Source: Octopus sinensis
Lineage: Eukaryota
Length of the DNA stretch: 64,000 nucleotides
Direction: 5' to 3'
Assembly: GCF_006345805.1 (NCBI RefSeq)
Contig: NC_043004.1
Coordinates: forward strand, 98,952,001 to 99,016,000
The notes under the pieces were generated by a model. That model saw only the letters and a program-made list of their open reading frames with translations, ran no database searches and was not told the DNA's origin. Of this stretch, positions 1 through 13,096 are shown piece after piece (the first letter of the stretch is position 1; every line of letters starts with the position of its first letter). Made by a program: the position numbers and the translations under genes.

Positions 1-216
1 TGTTTGTTTCAGTCATTTGACTGTGGCCATGCTGGAGCACCGCCTTTAGTCAAATTAATTGACCCCAGGACTTACTCTTTGTAAGCCTAGTCCTTATTCT
101 ATCGATTTCTTTTGCTGAACTTCTAAGTTACTGGGACATAAAACACACCAATATTGGTTGCCAGATACACAAACATATACATACATACATACATACATAC
201 ACACATACATACATGC

Positions 217-252
<36 letters not shown>

Positions 253-392
253 GATGTTTCTATCCACCAAATCTACTCACAAAGCTTTGGTTGGCCTGAG
301 GCTGTAGTAGAAGACACCTGACCAAGGTGCCATGCAGTGGAGCTAAACCCCGAACCATGTGGTTGGTAAGCAAACTACAGCCATTCCTGTGT
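1..392 (-). mobile_element. tRNA-derived SINE, family A (about 400 bp, internal (TA)n/(TG)n), cut by the window edge
   Basis: Reverse complement of the repeat seen at 3596, 6547, 8801 and elsewhere. Head CAGGAATGGCTGTAG...GGTTCGGGGTTTAG is A/B-box-like; tail CAGCATGGCCACAGTCAAATGACTGAAAC. Confidence 0.85.
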
Positions 393-813
393 CTATCTAA
401 TTATTAGAGTGGAAAACTTATCAGAAATGCCATCTCTCTTCATTTTTTCAAATATATAATACTATATCAAGGACTTTTAATTTCTTATTCTACAATATAT
501 ATTTATACACATATATGCACACACACATGCACATGTACATGGATACACACACACACACATATATACAAGCATGCATGCTATCAGTTCTTGCTCAATGTAG
601 CTCATATGTTCTTCGGACGTGTGCCTTCAAATGGAACAACATAATGCGGAACAAATTCTTTTCTAGTCTAGGCACAAGGCCTGAAATTTTTGAGGAGGTG
701 GGGGCCAGTCAATTAGATTGATCCCTGGACGCAAGTGGTACTTAATTTATCAACCCTGAAAAAATGAAAGGCAGTCAAACACAGCAGAATTTGAACTCAG
801 AGCATAAAGACAG

Positions 814-1210
814 GCAGATGAGATACTTTCTTTACATGAAAATGTCACATGGATCATAAGAGACTATCTCTGCATATACTGCATAGCAGATGAGATACTT
901 TCTTTACATGAAAATGTCACATGGATCATAAGAGAATATCTCTGCATATACTGCATAGCAGATGAGATACTTTCTTTACATGAAAATGTCACATGGATCA
1001 TAAGAGAATATCTCTGCATATACTGCATAGCAGATGAGATACTTTCTTTACATGAAAATGTCACATGGATCATAAGAGAATATCTCTGCATATACTGCAT
1101 AGCAGATGAGATACTTCCTTTACATGAAAATGTCACATGGATCATAAGAGAATATCTCTGCATATACTGCATAGCAAATGAGATACTTTCTTTACATGAA
1201 AATGTCACAT
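814..1210. repeat. 72-bp minisatellite, 5.5 near-identical copies
   Basis: Unit GCAGATGAGATACTTTCTTTACATGAAAATGTCACATGGATCATAAGAGAATATCTCTGCATATACTGCATA starts at 814, 886, 958, 1030, 1102, 1174. It explains the 24-aa periodic ORF 864..1214. Confidence 0.97.
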
Positions 1211-1663
1211 ACATTATAGGATAATAACTCTACCTATGTGACATAAACAGATGGGATAACATCTTTTACAGACATATGATGACATAGAAATGGTATTAGA
1301 TCTGAAACATAGTGAAAGCACAACCATCTTACATCCACAATCTCTCCTATCATCATTACTACCATTAGCAATGTCATCTTGACCATTATCATCATTACCA
1401 TCGCCAACCGCCGCGGCCGCCACCACCGCCATCATCATCATCATCATCATCATCATCAGTATAATCAGTATTGAAATTGGTTTGGTCTGAAAGCAGCAGA
1501 ATCACAAATAGTTGGCACCAGAGTCAAGACAGATGCCAATGCTGTAGGTTTACAGTTGCTAAAGTGATTTATTGTAACATTTGACCCAACTAAGTAATCT
1601 GAATATTAAATTCACTTCGATAATGATTATATACCAAGCACTGACTGTATCATTGAGATTGTA

Positions 1664-2345
1664 ATGGAGGTGGTGGTGGTGGTGGTGGTGATGGTGGTGG
1701 TGGTGGTGGTGGTGGTGGTGGTGGTGGTGGTGGTGGCAGTGGTGGCAGTAGTGGCAACAGTGGTGGCGACAATGGTGATCGTGGCAGCAGCAATGATGGT
1801 GTTGGTGGTGGTGGCGGTGGTGTTGGTGGTAGTGGTGTTGGTGGTGGTGGTGGTAGTGGTGTTGGCGTTGGTAATGGTAGCAGTAGTAATATTGCTGGTA
1901 ATGGTGGGAGCCGATGGTCCTAGTGATAGGGATTGTGGTAACTGTAATGGTGGTGGTGGTGGTGGTGGTGGTAGTGGTGTGGTGGTGGTTGTGATGATGG
2001 TAGTGGTACTCTGTATGCAGTGATAACAATGGTACTGGTGTAGGGAGATGATAATGTGGATGATGGTATAGTTAGATTGTGGTGGTGGTGGTGGTTGTAA
2101 TGGCAGTGGTAGTGGTGGTGCTAGTATTGAGGTTGGTGGCATTATTTCTTGTGGTGGTGACGGTGGGAATGGAGGGGGTTCTAATGATGGAGGGGTGAAG
2201 GCCAAGGTTGATTGCAGTCATGACTGTGGTAGTAGCAGTTGTCATAGTAGTAGTGGTGGTGGTATTGGCAATGATGATGATGATAATAGAGATTGCAGCG
2301 GTGATGAAGAGAGCAAAATCCAAAGTTGTAATAGTCGATGGTGCT
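1664..2345. repeat. Degenerate (GGT)n/(GTA)n trinucleotide low-complexity tract
   Basis: Long GGT-rich run; source of the poly-V/H/T/P ORFs. Confidence 0.95.
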
Positions 2346-2846
2346 GCCAATAAATGCAGTTAGTGGTGTAATGCTTTTGGTAACAATAATAATGGTTTGG
2401 TAAACAGCACAGGTAAATATTGACCAGAGAATGTAAACAGTTTCAGGCAGGATGGTAGTATCAGGGAGAGAAATTCATACTGACAGCTGAGAGATTATGC
2501 TTAATTTGAAGATTTCTCTCCCTTGCCCTTTTTGAGTTTAATTTTCATTAACACTAATTAACATTTCCTCTTATTACAATTATTATTTCAATTGATTAAA
2601 ATTTACTTTTGGTTCAACATCTGATGAGTGCAAGCTTGCATTTAATGATAAGTTTAATGCGAAGAAGGTATTCTTGAGAAATCTTCCAATATAGAACTTT
2701 CCTTTTCATTACTACCATCATCTTCACCTATTACCATATTTCAGTTCCATCAATTCCTTTATTACCTGCCTCATCATCATTATCACTACATACCTGTGAA
2801 TGTACCTGGTTTGAAATTTGTTGTGTGGGGCTGAAAGAAGCCCATC

Positions 2847-2899
<53 letters not shown>

Positions 2900-3595
2900 T
2901 GCATATTTGTGCTTCAGTGTTTGTCTCTCCTCCATCGCTGGACAACTGATGTTGGTGTGTTTATGTCCTCATAACTTACCAGTTCAGCAAGAGAGACTTA
3001 TAGAATAAGTACTAGGCTTACAAAGTATAAGTCCTGGAGTCGACGTTCCAACTAAAAGTGGTGCTCCAGTATGGCCACATTCAAATGACTGAAACAAGTG
3101 AAAGAATAAGCAACCTTACATGGTGTAGATGTGGAAGTTTTCAAGGAACATCTGGACATGATTCTTTCTTATTTCTTTATTGCCCACAAGGGGCTAAACG
3201 TAGAGGGGACAAACAAGGACAGAAAAAGGGATTAAGTTGATTGCATCGATTCCAGTGTGTAACTGGTACTTAATTTATATGACCCCAAAAGGATGAAAGG
3301 CAAAGTCGACCTCAGCGGAATTTGAACTCAGAACGTAATGGCAGACGAAATACCTCTAAGCATTTCGTCCAGTGTGCTAGCATTTCTGCAAGCTTGCCAC
3401 CTTATTTCTTTCTGAGATACCAGATGTACCCACATCACTGCAGGAGATGCAAAGAAGAGAATCTCCATTCAACTCGCTATTTCACCAAAAACGATGTCAG
3501 AAACAACACCAAATAACTACAGGTGCTGCACCAACATGACCTCAGCCCTGGGCTGAAACCAGTAAAAAATAAAAGATAAAAGATACATATATATA

Positions 3596-4000
3596 GGTGC
3601 AGGAGTGGCTGTGTGGTAAGTAGCTTGTTTACCAATCACATGGTTCCGGGTTCAGTCCAAGTGCATGGCATCTTGGGCAAGTGTCTTCTGCTATAGTCTC
3701 GGGCTGACCAATGCCTTGTGAGTGGATTTGGTAGATGGAAACTGAAAGAAGCCCGTCGTATATATGTATATATATGTTTATGTATGTGTGTGTGTGTGTC
3801 TGTGTTTGTCCCCCTAGCATTGCTTGACAACCGATGCTGGTGTGTTTATGTCCCCGTCACTTAGCGGTTTGGCAAAAGAGACCGATAGAATAAGTACTGG
3901 GCTTACAAAGAATAAGTCCCGGGGTCGAGTTGCTCGATTAAAGGCGGTGCTCCAGCATGGCCACAGTCAAAAATGACTGAAACAAGTAAAAAGAAAAAGA
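3596..4000 (+). mobile_element. SINE family A, full length
   Basis: Head GCAGGAGTGGCTGTGTGGTAAG (A box) ... GGTTCAGTCC (B box), central (TA)(TG) microsatellite, tail GGCGGTGCTCCAGCATGGCCACAGTC...GAAACAAGTAAAA. Confidence 0.9.
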
Positions 4001-4215
4001 AAAAGAATATAGATATATATATACACATATACATATACATGCACACACACACACACACACTCACACACACATATATACACACACACTCACATATTATAAT
4101 AGTTGTAGTGCACCTAAGCACCGTATGCAACAATCTCTTTCATTATTATTATTATATATCGACTGACAGCTCAAGCTGACTATGCAAGTGCACCAAACTG
4201 TATCTTCAGTGTAAA

Positions 4216-4530
4216 ATGTCAGAATCTACCTACTCTTTTCACGACACCAACTTTAAGAAGTCAGCTAGTGAATGTGATCTAGACATCATTATCGACAATA
4301 ATCTTTGTTGGATGAACCACATTTCTAAAAACTTATCAAAAGTTGAAGAAATTTTATTATCACTCCAGAAGCTCTTTGTCAGCTGCTCACACAGTTATCT
4401 GGCTATGCTATACATCTACGTTTGTTGTTTGCATTTCCAGTCCAGAAACCTCAAGTTATTCAGCATGTCAATTTACAAGAAGCTGTCTGGTGATGTGCAC
4501 CCAGACAAATACCATCTCTCAGTCACTTAC
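4216..4530 (+). mobile_element. Decayed CR1/L2-type LINE reverse-transcriptase fragment
   Basis: Translation SECDLDIIIDNNLCWMNHISK resembles the (E)KDLGVxxDxxLxWxxHI motif downstream of the RT core in CR1/L2 LINEs. A CR1-like 3' end (GTTGTAGTGCACCT...(ATT)n, also at 31748) lies at about 4100-4152. Confidence 0.55.
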
Positions 4531-4540
4531 CATATCTCTT

Positions 4541-4764
4541 TACTCTTTTACTCTTTTACTTGTTTCAGTCATTTGACTGTGGCCATGCTGGAGCACCGCC
4601 TTTAGTCGAGCAAATCGACCCCCAGGACTTGTTCTTTGTAAGCCTAGTACTTATTCTATCAGTCTCTTTTGCCGAACCGCTAAGTTACGGGGACGTAAAC
4701 ACACCAGCATCAGTTGTCATGCGATGTTGGAGAGACAAACACAGACACACAAACATATACAAAC

Positions 4765-4813
<49 letters not shown>

Positions 4814-4990
4814 CATACATACATACATATATACATACATACATACATACACACATATATATATACATATATATGACAGGCTTCTTTCAGTTTCCGCCTG
4901 CCATATCAACTCACAAGGCTTTGGTCGGCCCGAGGCTACAGTAGAAAACACTTGCCCAAGGTGCTATGCAGTGGGACTGAACCCAGCTAT
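4541..4990 (-). mobile_element. SINE family A, head truncated
   Basis: Reverse complement of family A tail and core. Confidence 0.85.
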
Positions 4991-5757
4991 CTTGATATCT
5001 TAAACATCTTGATTCTCATTGAAGTTTTGATGTTTAGTGACTGACTTGGTAGAATCCTATTAGATTATCCATCATATTCCCAACAACATCCTGCTAACCT
5101 TCAGATTCAACATCTCTACCATGTGTGGACAAACTTATAAAATCAACACACATATATATATACATATATATGACAGGCTTCTTTCAGTTTCCGCCTGCCA
5201 TATCAACTCACAAGGCTTTGGTCGGCCCGAGGCTACAGTAGAAAACACTTGCCCAAGGTGCTATGCAGTGGGACTGAACCCAGCTATCTTGATATCTTAA
5301 ACATCTTGATTCTCATTGAAGTTTTGATGTTTAGTGACTGACTTGGTAGAATCCTATAAGATTATCCATCATATTTCCCAACAACATCCCTGCTAACCTT
5401 CAGATTCAACATCTCTACCATGTGTGGACAAACTTATAAAATCAACACACATATATATATACATATATATGACAGGCTTCTTTCAGTTTCCGCCTGCCAT
5501 ATCAACTCACAAGGCTTTGGTCGGCCCGAGGCTACAGTAGAAAACACTTGCCCAAGGTGCTATGCAGTGGGACTGAACCCAGCTATCTCGATATCTTAAA
5601 CATCTTGATTCTCAGGGTATAGCTACATTGAAGTTTTGATGTTTCGTGACTGACTTGGTAGAATTCTATAAGATTATCCATCATATTTCCCAACAACATC
5701 CCTGCTAACCTTCAGATTCAACATCTCTACCATGTGTGGACAAGCTTATAAAATCAA
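4858..5757. repeat. Three tandem copies of a ~298-bp unit (SINE A fragment plus unique flank)
   Basis: GACAGGCTTC at 4875, 5172 and 5471; the following ~290 bp are near-identical. Confidence 0.95.
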
Positions 5758-5896
5758 AGAATAGCACAACACATTTTATCATGCACAGAATTTTGAAAGC
5801 ATTGAATAAACTACTGGCATCATTTGTTAGCTATCAGGACATTGCATTCTTCAGTAATTCCATGCTTCTTGAAATTCACCAACATTCTTTTGTTTC

Positions 5897-6094
5897 AATC
5901 ATTTCACTGTGGCCATGTTGAAGCACTGCCTTTTGTCAAACTAATTGACCCCAGGACTTGTTCATTGTAAGCCTAGTACTTATTCTATCAATCTGTTTTG
6001 CCAAACCACTAAGCTATGGGGATCTAAACACATCAACATCGGTTTCCCGGTGATGGTGGGGGGACAAACACAGGCACACAAGTATGCATGCACA

Positions 6095-6133
<39 letters not shown>

Positions 6134-6330
6134 ACACACACAAGCACACACACACATGCACACACATATATACGATGGGCTTCTTTCAGTTTCCATCTAT
6201 CAAATCCACTCACAAAGCTTTGATCGGTCCGAGGTTATAGTAGAAGACATTTGCTCAAGGTGCCACACAGTCGCACTGAACCTGGAACCATGTGGCTGTG
6301 AAGCAAGCTTCTTACCACAGAGCTACTCCC
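5897..6330 (-). mobile_element. SINE family A, diverged
   Basis: Same tail/core/head order on the minus strand. Confidence 0.8.
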
Positions 6331-6546
6331 GTGACTATTTGCTTATTGCAGCCCTTTCCATTTATGAATCTTTTACTGAACCCTTGTCTGACATGTTCTC
6401 TTTTTTCGGTTCATTGGGCATACAGTTATATTTATCATAGATGTCTTCTTTTATTTAACTAATTGCTGCTTTCAGTTCAATTTTGCTGCCTTTTCCAGTC
6501 AGTTCTTGAGCACCATATACAATAAGCCCATTATTATTATTCACAA

Positions 6547-6958
6547 GCGCAGGAGTGGCTGTGTGGTAAGTAGCTTGTTTACCAGCCGCATGTTTCCGGG
6601 TTCAGTCCCACTGCATGGCACCTTGGGCAAGTGTCTTCTACTATAGCCTCAGGCCGACCAAATCCTTGTGAGTGAATTTGTTAGACGGAAACTGAAAGAA
6701 GCCCGTCGTATATATGTCTATATATATATATATGCGTGTGTGTGTTTGTGTATCTGTGTTTGTCCCCCTAGCATTGCTTGACAACCGATGCTGGTGTGTT
6801 TATGTCCCTGTTACTTAGCGATTCGGCAAAAGGGACCGATAGAATAAGTACTGGGCTTACAAAAGAATAAGTCCCGGGGTCGAGTTGCTCGACTAAAAGG
6901 TGGTGCTCCAGCATGGCCGCAGTCAAATGACTGAAACAAGTAAAAGAGTAAAGAGTAA
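6547..6958 (+). mobile_element. SINE family A, full length
   Basis: GCGCAGGAGTGGCTGTGTGG head through GAAACAAGTAAAAGAG tail. Confidence 0.9.
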
Positions 6959-7404
6959 GTGTGAAGGTGTGAGCAGGCAGAATCATTAGCATAACAGACA
7001 AAATGCTTAGTGGCAATAGCAATACTCCTAGTTTTACATTCTGAATTCAAATTCCACCTGTGTCAATTTTGCTTTCCATTCTTTCAAGGTCAATAAAATA
7101 AGAAGCATTTGAACACAGGGGTCCAACGTAACTGTGCAGCCCCCACACAACAAATTTCAAACCAGGTGCTTATAGTAGGAAGAACTATTATTCATAGGCT
7201 GTCAACATGAACCCTAAGTCCCCCCACAAATTTGACTTGAATTTCCTTAAAAAATATGTACCCTAACTCCAGTGTTCAATATTTCCTGTTTACAGGCAAT
7301 AACAGAAAGGCAGAAAGATTTGTCAGAAATTCTGAGTAGCAGCACGGTGAATCAACTTCAAATGAATGTACACACATACACACACAGCAGACATACACAC
7401 ATAC

Positions 7405-7606
7405 ATTCTTTTACTTTTACTTGTTTCAGTCATTTGACTGCAGCCATGCTGGAGCACCGCCTTTAGTCGATCAAATCGACCTTGGGACTTATTCTTTGTA
7501 AGCCCAGTACTTATTCTATCGGTCTCTTTTACCGAACCGCTAAGTGACGGGGACGTAAACACACCAGCATCGGTTGTCAAGCAATGCTAGGGGGACAGAC
7601 ACACAA

Positions 7607-7645
<39 letters not shown>

Positions 7646-8380
7646 GATATAGATATATATATATATATTAATAAATGAAATAAAACATATGCATATATAT
7701 AAACATATATGTACGTACCTACCTCTACATGTACATATACACACATATATGAGTACAGGACACCAAAGGGACGTCGGACACAAAGAGAAACGAAAACATA
7801 GACACAAACCAAAGGAACTGGACATTTTTTTAAAAACAACAAAAAATGGAGTACAGGACAATTAACACAAAGAAAAAACCCCTTCTTCAGTTGCTATGGT
7901 TTCATCTACTCTACGTTTCGAAGGATAAAAGCGAGACGTATCTTCGACAGGAAACTTTCCTTCCTGCGAAAAGCAAATCAATTAAAATTCTGAGATCTTT
8001 TTGCAGAGGGGTAAAAAATGGTAAAAAAATGGTAAAAAAACAGGACAGTAACGACAGTACAAAAATATAAACAGTAAAAGACAGGACAGGGAAAAACAAG
8101 ATAAGAAGGGCTGTTGACGCCGAACGAAAAAAGTATTGCAAACGCAAGAATTTTTGTCAACGACAGGGGAGCAGGAAGAATGTCGTCCAGTTACTTTGAA
8201 AGGCCAGGCCAGACGTATATACGACAGGCTTCTTTCAGTTTTCGTCTACCAAATCCACTCACAAGGCATTGGTCGGCCCGGGGCTATAGCAGGAGACACT
8301 TGCCCAAGATGCCACGCAGTGGGACTGTACCCGGAACCATGTGGTTGGTTAGCAAGCTACTTACCACACAGCCACTCCTG
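7405..8380 (-). mobile_element. SINE family A split at its (TA)n tract by a ~520-bp insert (about 7690-8215)
   Basis: 3' half at 7405-7620, head half at 8215-8380, with unrelated sequence between them. Confidence 0.8.
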
Positions 8381-8800
8381 TAGATGTACATATATTTGTA
8401 TACAGTGCACGCACACATACACATCTATATATGTTCATGCACACACTTAATTCCTTTGTTTGTAATTCCTTCTCAGGCATAGATATAATGGGCATCTATA
8501 TGTAAACAATGAAAAACCAGTTCCCTCTAAGCTGTGCACATGTACATATATATGTTTTGCAGCTAGTAGACAAAATAGATTAATTTGAGCAAAAGAAATT
8601 AATTCGTGCATAAAAGGTTTGTTGCTTAAAATAATAGAGTAATAAATGATAATATTTATATATATTCAGTGCCCACATACATTTGACACAGGAAAAAAAA
8701 ATTGCAAAACATAACACTTTTTGCACTCATTGACTACGAAAATTTAGAGAAAACATTGCCTCACTTAAATCACACACTGTCTTTTCTTTTGTATTAAAAT

Positions 8801-9222
8801 GCAGGAGTGGCTGTGTGGTAAGTAGCTTGCTAACCAATCACATGGTTCCAGGTTCAGTCCCACTGCGTGGCATCTTGGGCAAGGGTCTTCGGCGATAGCC
8901 CCGGGCCGACCAATGCCTTGTGAGTGGATTTGGTAGACGGAAACTGAAAGAAGCACGTTGTATATATGTATATATATGTATATGTATATGTATGTGTATG
9001 TGTTTGTGTGTCTGTGTTTGTCACCCCTAGCATTGCTTGACAACCGATGCTGGTGTGTTTACGTCCCCGTCAGTTCGCGGTTCGGCAAAAAGAGACCGAT
9101 AGAAGAAGTACTGGGCTTACAAAGAATAAGTCCCGGGGTCGAGTTGCTCGACTAAAGGCGGTGCTCCAGCATGGCCGCAGTCAAATGACTGAAACATGTA
9201 AAAGAGTAAAAGAGAGAGAGAG
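8801..9222 (+). mobile_element. SINE family A, full length, flanked by a ~140-bp direct repeat
   Basis: Family A sequence; flanks 8664-8803 and 9224-9364 align. Confidence 0.9.
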
Positions 9223-9693
9223 TATTCAGTGCCCACCTACTTTTGAGACAGTAAAAAAAATTTGCACAACATAAGACTTTTTGCACGCATTGACTACTAA
9301 AATTTAGAGAAAACATTGCCTCACTTAAAATCACACACTGTCTTTTCTTTTGTATTAAAATGCATAGATAAAAGGGGAGTTTAGTCAGAGCTATTATAAA
9401 TGCAGTAGAATATATACTGAAGAAGTTTATCAAACCAAATAAGAATAAAAATAAAAATTCAAAAATTACCTTTGAACTTTAACTGTACGAGGGTATGAAA
9501 ATGCACCTACTGTAAAGTCAACAGTATGGAAAACACATGATGTTTTTACATAAAAAATGTATATTATACATAAATAAATATGATGGTGTATATCTATAGA
9601 TATATCGTATATTTATGTTTTGGCATACATCAAAATAACTCCCACTTAGAATGTGTTTGCTCAAATTGTTTTGTTTCTCATGTGCTTGTGTAT

Positions 9694-9848
<155 letters not shown>

Positions 9849-11995
9849 GTATATATCTATATATATATATATATATATATATGCATATGTATATATATAT
9901 ACACATACATACACACACACACACTTTCAAACAATGTCTTTCTTACATCTATGTATCTATCAATAGATTATCACTCCTTCCTGTTTCAATCTCCTTCTTT
10001 ATATATGTATCCTGCTCACCTTTAGGAGACACACAACCATTCCAAAATAGCAGATAACAAGAGGAAAATCTAAAAACAGAATAATTTTCATATCAGCTTA
10101 ATATACATACACACATATACACACACATATACATACACCCCCACCACATGCACACTCACATCAGGTAGATAGACAGGTAGATAAATAGATATTTGTATGT
10201 TGGCGTATATGCATGTGTACATATAAATATGAAATCACACATTGTTATTACTGCTATTATCATTATTTTCTGAAAGTAATAAGAGTAGAACATAAAATTA
10301 TTGTTTCCAACTCTGAATGTTTTACTAAAATCCCATACTAAACAATAAACATTATTATTGTTTGTAATAAAATAGAAATAAAATATTTAAAAGTAAGGAA
10401 AATTATTTAAAAAAAGAAAAATTTACAATAAAAACAAATTGAAAATAAAATTTGCAGAACACTAATAACAAGTGCAATAACAATAATAATGATGATGATG
10501 ATGATGATGAAGATGATGATGATAACAATAACAACAACAACAACAGCAACAACGACAATGATGATGACGACGATGATGATGATAATAATAATGATGAAAA
10601 TAAATTTTATTGAACATTGCATAAAAATATTTTTCTCGACAAAATTTTCAATTCTCCACAAAGAAACTAATTCACATACTTATTAGTAAAATCATTAGGA
10701 TAAAATAAAATATATTCTCCTCCCAACACCCATACATCCAATCCACAAAATATATCATAATAAATAAACGAAATAAAATAAAATAAGAAAATTAAAATAG
10801 GGGGAAAAAGAAAGAATGTATATAGTACCATAGCAACAGCAATAACAATGTCAACATCAATGTCAAGATAATTTTTATTTTAATGAAACATAGGTAGAAT
10901 ACAAAGAAACTGAAAATAGAAAATTTACTGTTTCTCTTCAAATATATTCAATGTTTAAAACACAGACACATATACACACACGCAAAGGAAAAAAAAAAGT
11001 GAAGTAATTTTCCATTTGTAATTTATTTCCAAATATATTTGCAACTTATGATTGGCTGTAATTTTTTTTTATAAAGTTCTGTGTATGTGTGTGCATGCAT
11101 ATGCATGTGTATTGTTATTGTGTTATATATGCTAAGTGGGGAAATGTTCAATGTGGTTAGCAAATTTGCTCCTTAGTTACGAGGTTCTGGATTCAATCCA
11201 GTTGTGTGCCATCGTGTACGTGTGTCTTTCTTCTACCTTAACTTTAGGTCAACAATAGCTTAGTGAGGCAACTTTTTTGGCTGGAAACTGTGTGGAAGCT
11301 TGACAGCAGAATTAAACCTGTAATAGAAACAATGGGATTTTCAGAGATCATCATCAGAGCCATCTTAGCAGCATTATAGGCCCCTGAGAAAAATCCTTGC
11401 ACTGGGCCCTGTACTATTTATATCTTGATTTCAATTTTGGTACAAGGCCAGCAACTTCATTGGAGGGGTAAGTCCATTGCATTGACCTAAGTGCTCAGTT
11501 GATACTAATTTCATTGACCCCAAAAGGATGAAAAGCAAAGTCGACCCTGGCAACATTTGAACTCAAAACATACAGTCAGAAGAAACAGAAATGCTGCTAA
11601 GCATTTTTTTCCAGCATGGTAACGATTCTGCCACTTTGCCAGCCTACAGTATTGAAGTATTGATTTCAAATTTTGGCACAAAGCCAGCAACTTCATTGGA
11701 GTGGTAAATCAATTATATCGATCCCAGGGTTCAACTGGTACTTATTTTATTGATTCTGAAATGACTAATGGCTAAGTTGATCCTGGAAACATTTGTACTC
11801 AGAATCTAAAGTCGGAAGAAATGGTGCTAAACATTTTTTCCAGCATGATAATTATTCTGTCAGTTTGCCACCCTACAGTAGTTATATATTGACAGCAGAT
11901 CATATCATACATAGCTCAAAATTGGGCCTCTAGACCTGTGAGGCCCCTGGGCCACTCTCCATAAAGATTCTACAACAACATTTTTTAATGCTCTT

Positions 11996-12294
11996 TTTCA
12001 AGCCTAGCCAGGCTCATGGGCCCAGTTTCCCGGTTTTTGTGGTGTATGTGTCCCCGCTTCCCAGCTGGACGGGGTGCCGGTCCTTCACAGCGTTACTCAA
12101 GAACAAGAAGAAAGTGTAAGAGAAAGTTGGGGTGAAAGAGTACAACAGGGGTTGCCACCACCCCCTGCCGGAGCCTCGTGGAGCTTTAGGTGTTTTCGCG
12201 CGATAAACACACACAACGCCCGTTCTGGAAATCAAAACCGCAATCCTCTGACTGCGAGTCCGCTGCCCTGACTACAGGGCTATTGCACCTCCAC
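11996..12294 (-). mobile_element. tRNA-derived SINE, family C (tail type 1)
   Basis: Minus-strand head GTGGAGGTGCAATAGCCCTGTAGTCAGGGCAGCGGACTCGCAGTC...GGTTTTGATTTCC; core ACACCTAAAGCTCCACGAGGCTCCGGCAGGGG. Confidence 0.85.
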
Positions 12295-12337
12295 TACAAC
12301 AACTTTACATTAAGAATACTATTTCCTATGAAATACC

Positions 12338-12567
12338 TATTTCCTTATTACCCACAAGGGGCTAAACATAGAGGGGACAAACAAGGACAGACATAGGCAT
12401 TAAGTCGATTACATCGACCCCAGTGCGTAAGTGGTACTTAATTTATTGACCCCGAAAGGATGAAAGGCAAAGTCGACCTGGGCGGAATTTGAACTCACAA
12501 AGTAACAGCAGCCGAAATACCGCTAAGCATTTCGCCCGACGTGCTAACGATTCTGCCAGCTCGCCGC
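12338..12567 (-). mobile_element. tRNA-derived SINE, family B, with ~13-bp TSD CCTATGAAATACC
   Basis: Head GGCGGCGAGCTGGCAGAATCGTTAGCAC (A box), GAGTTCAAATTCC (B box), tail CCCCTTGTGGGTAATAAGGAAATAG; CCTATGAAATACC on both sides. Confidence 0.85.
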
Positions 12568-12824
12568 CTATGAAATACCCAGTCTCTCTAAACTCTAACA
12601 CAGTATGTAAATAGTCCTGTTGAGAAAACAACCAGAATAGGCATTTGTTGAGAATGATGTGGGATTGTTCTTAGTATCAGAAGATAATATAAACCTACTG
12701 AGACAAGCATTAGACATTTAAGTTGCCATTTATATATCATACTTAATGTAAATGCATTGTGATAGGAAAATTTATGGCAGCATTTGTCCAGAGATAAAAT
12801 TTGTTGTGGACGTGCTGCATTTTA

Positions 12825-13031
12825 CCCTTTAGCCTTTAAACTGGCCAGATGTGGCCAGTTTATTTTATCTGTTCTAGGTTCAGACTGGCCAGATCCTGCC
12901 TCTTGTATCAGGCTAAAAAAAGACCAACCACATCATTGATATCCCAAAGCTACAAAGCAATGTCTAATTACTTCAAAACAATGTAAATAAATAAGCATTA
13001 TACTTGACAGAGTAATATGAATGCTGAAGGG
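12825..13031. mobile_element. Possible piggyBac-type MITE relic
   Basis: Imperfect terminal inverted repeats CCCTTTAGCCTT / AATGCTGAAGGG with degenerate TTAA-like flanks (TTTA, TCAA). Confidence 0.35.
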
Positions 13032-13057
13032 TCAAAAACACAATGTGTGTGTATGTG

Positions 13058-13096
<39 letters not shown>

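Noticed and set aside
814-1210. CRISPR-like array (also considered for 27200-27400 and 47496-47850)
   Set aside because: Whole units repeat with no unique constant-length spacers, there are no cas genes, and the context is eukaryotic.
1559-2350. Long ORFs of poly-His/Thr/Pro/Val
   Set aside because: They are translations of a (GGT)n tract, open in several frames on both strands, with no splice or domain evidence.
2621-2645. CTGATGAG followed by palindrome TGCAAGCTTGCA (hammerhead-like start)
   Set aside because: No GAAA, stem III or stem I partner follows.
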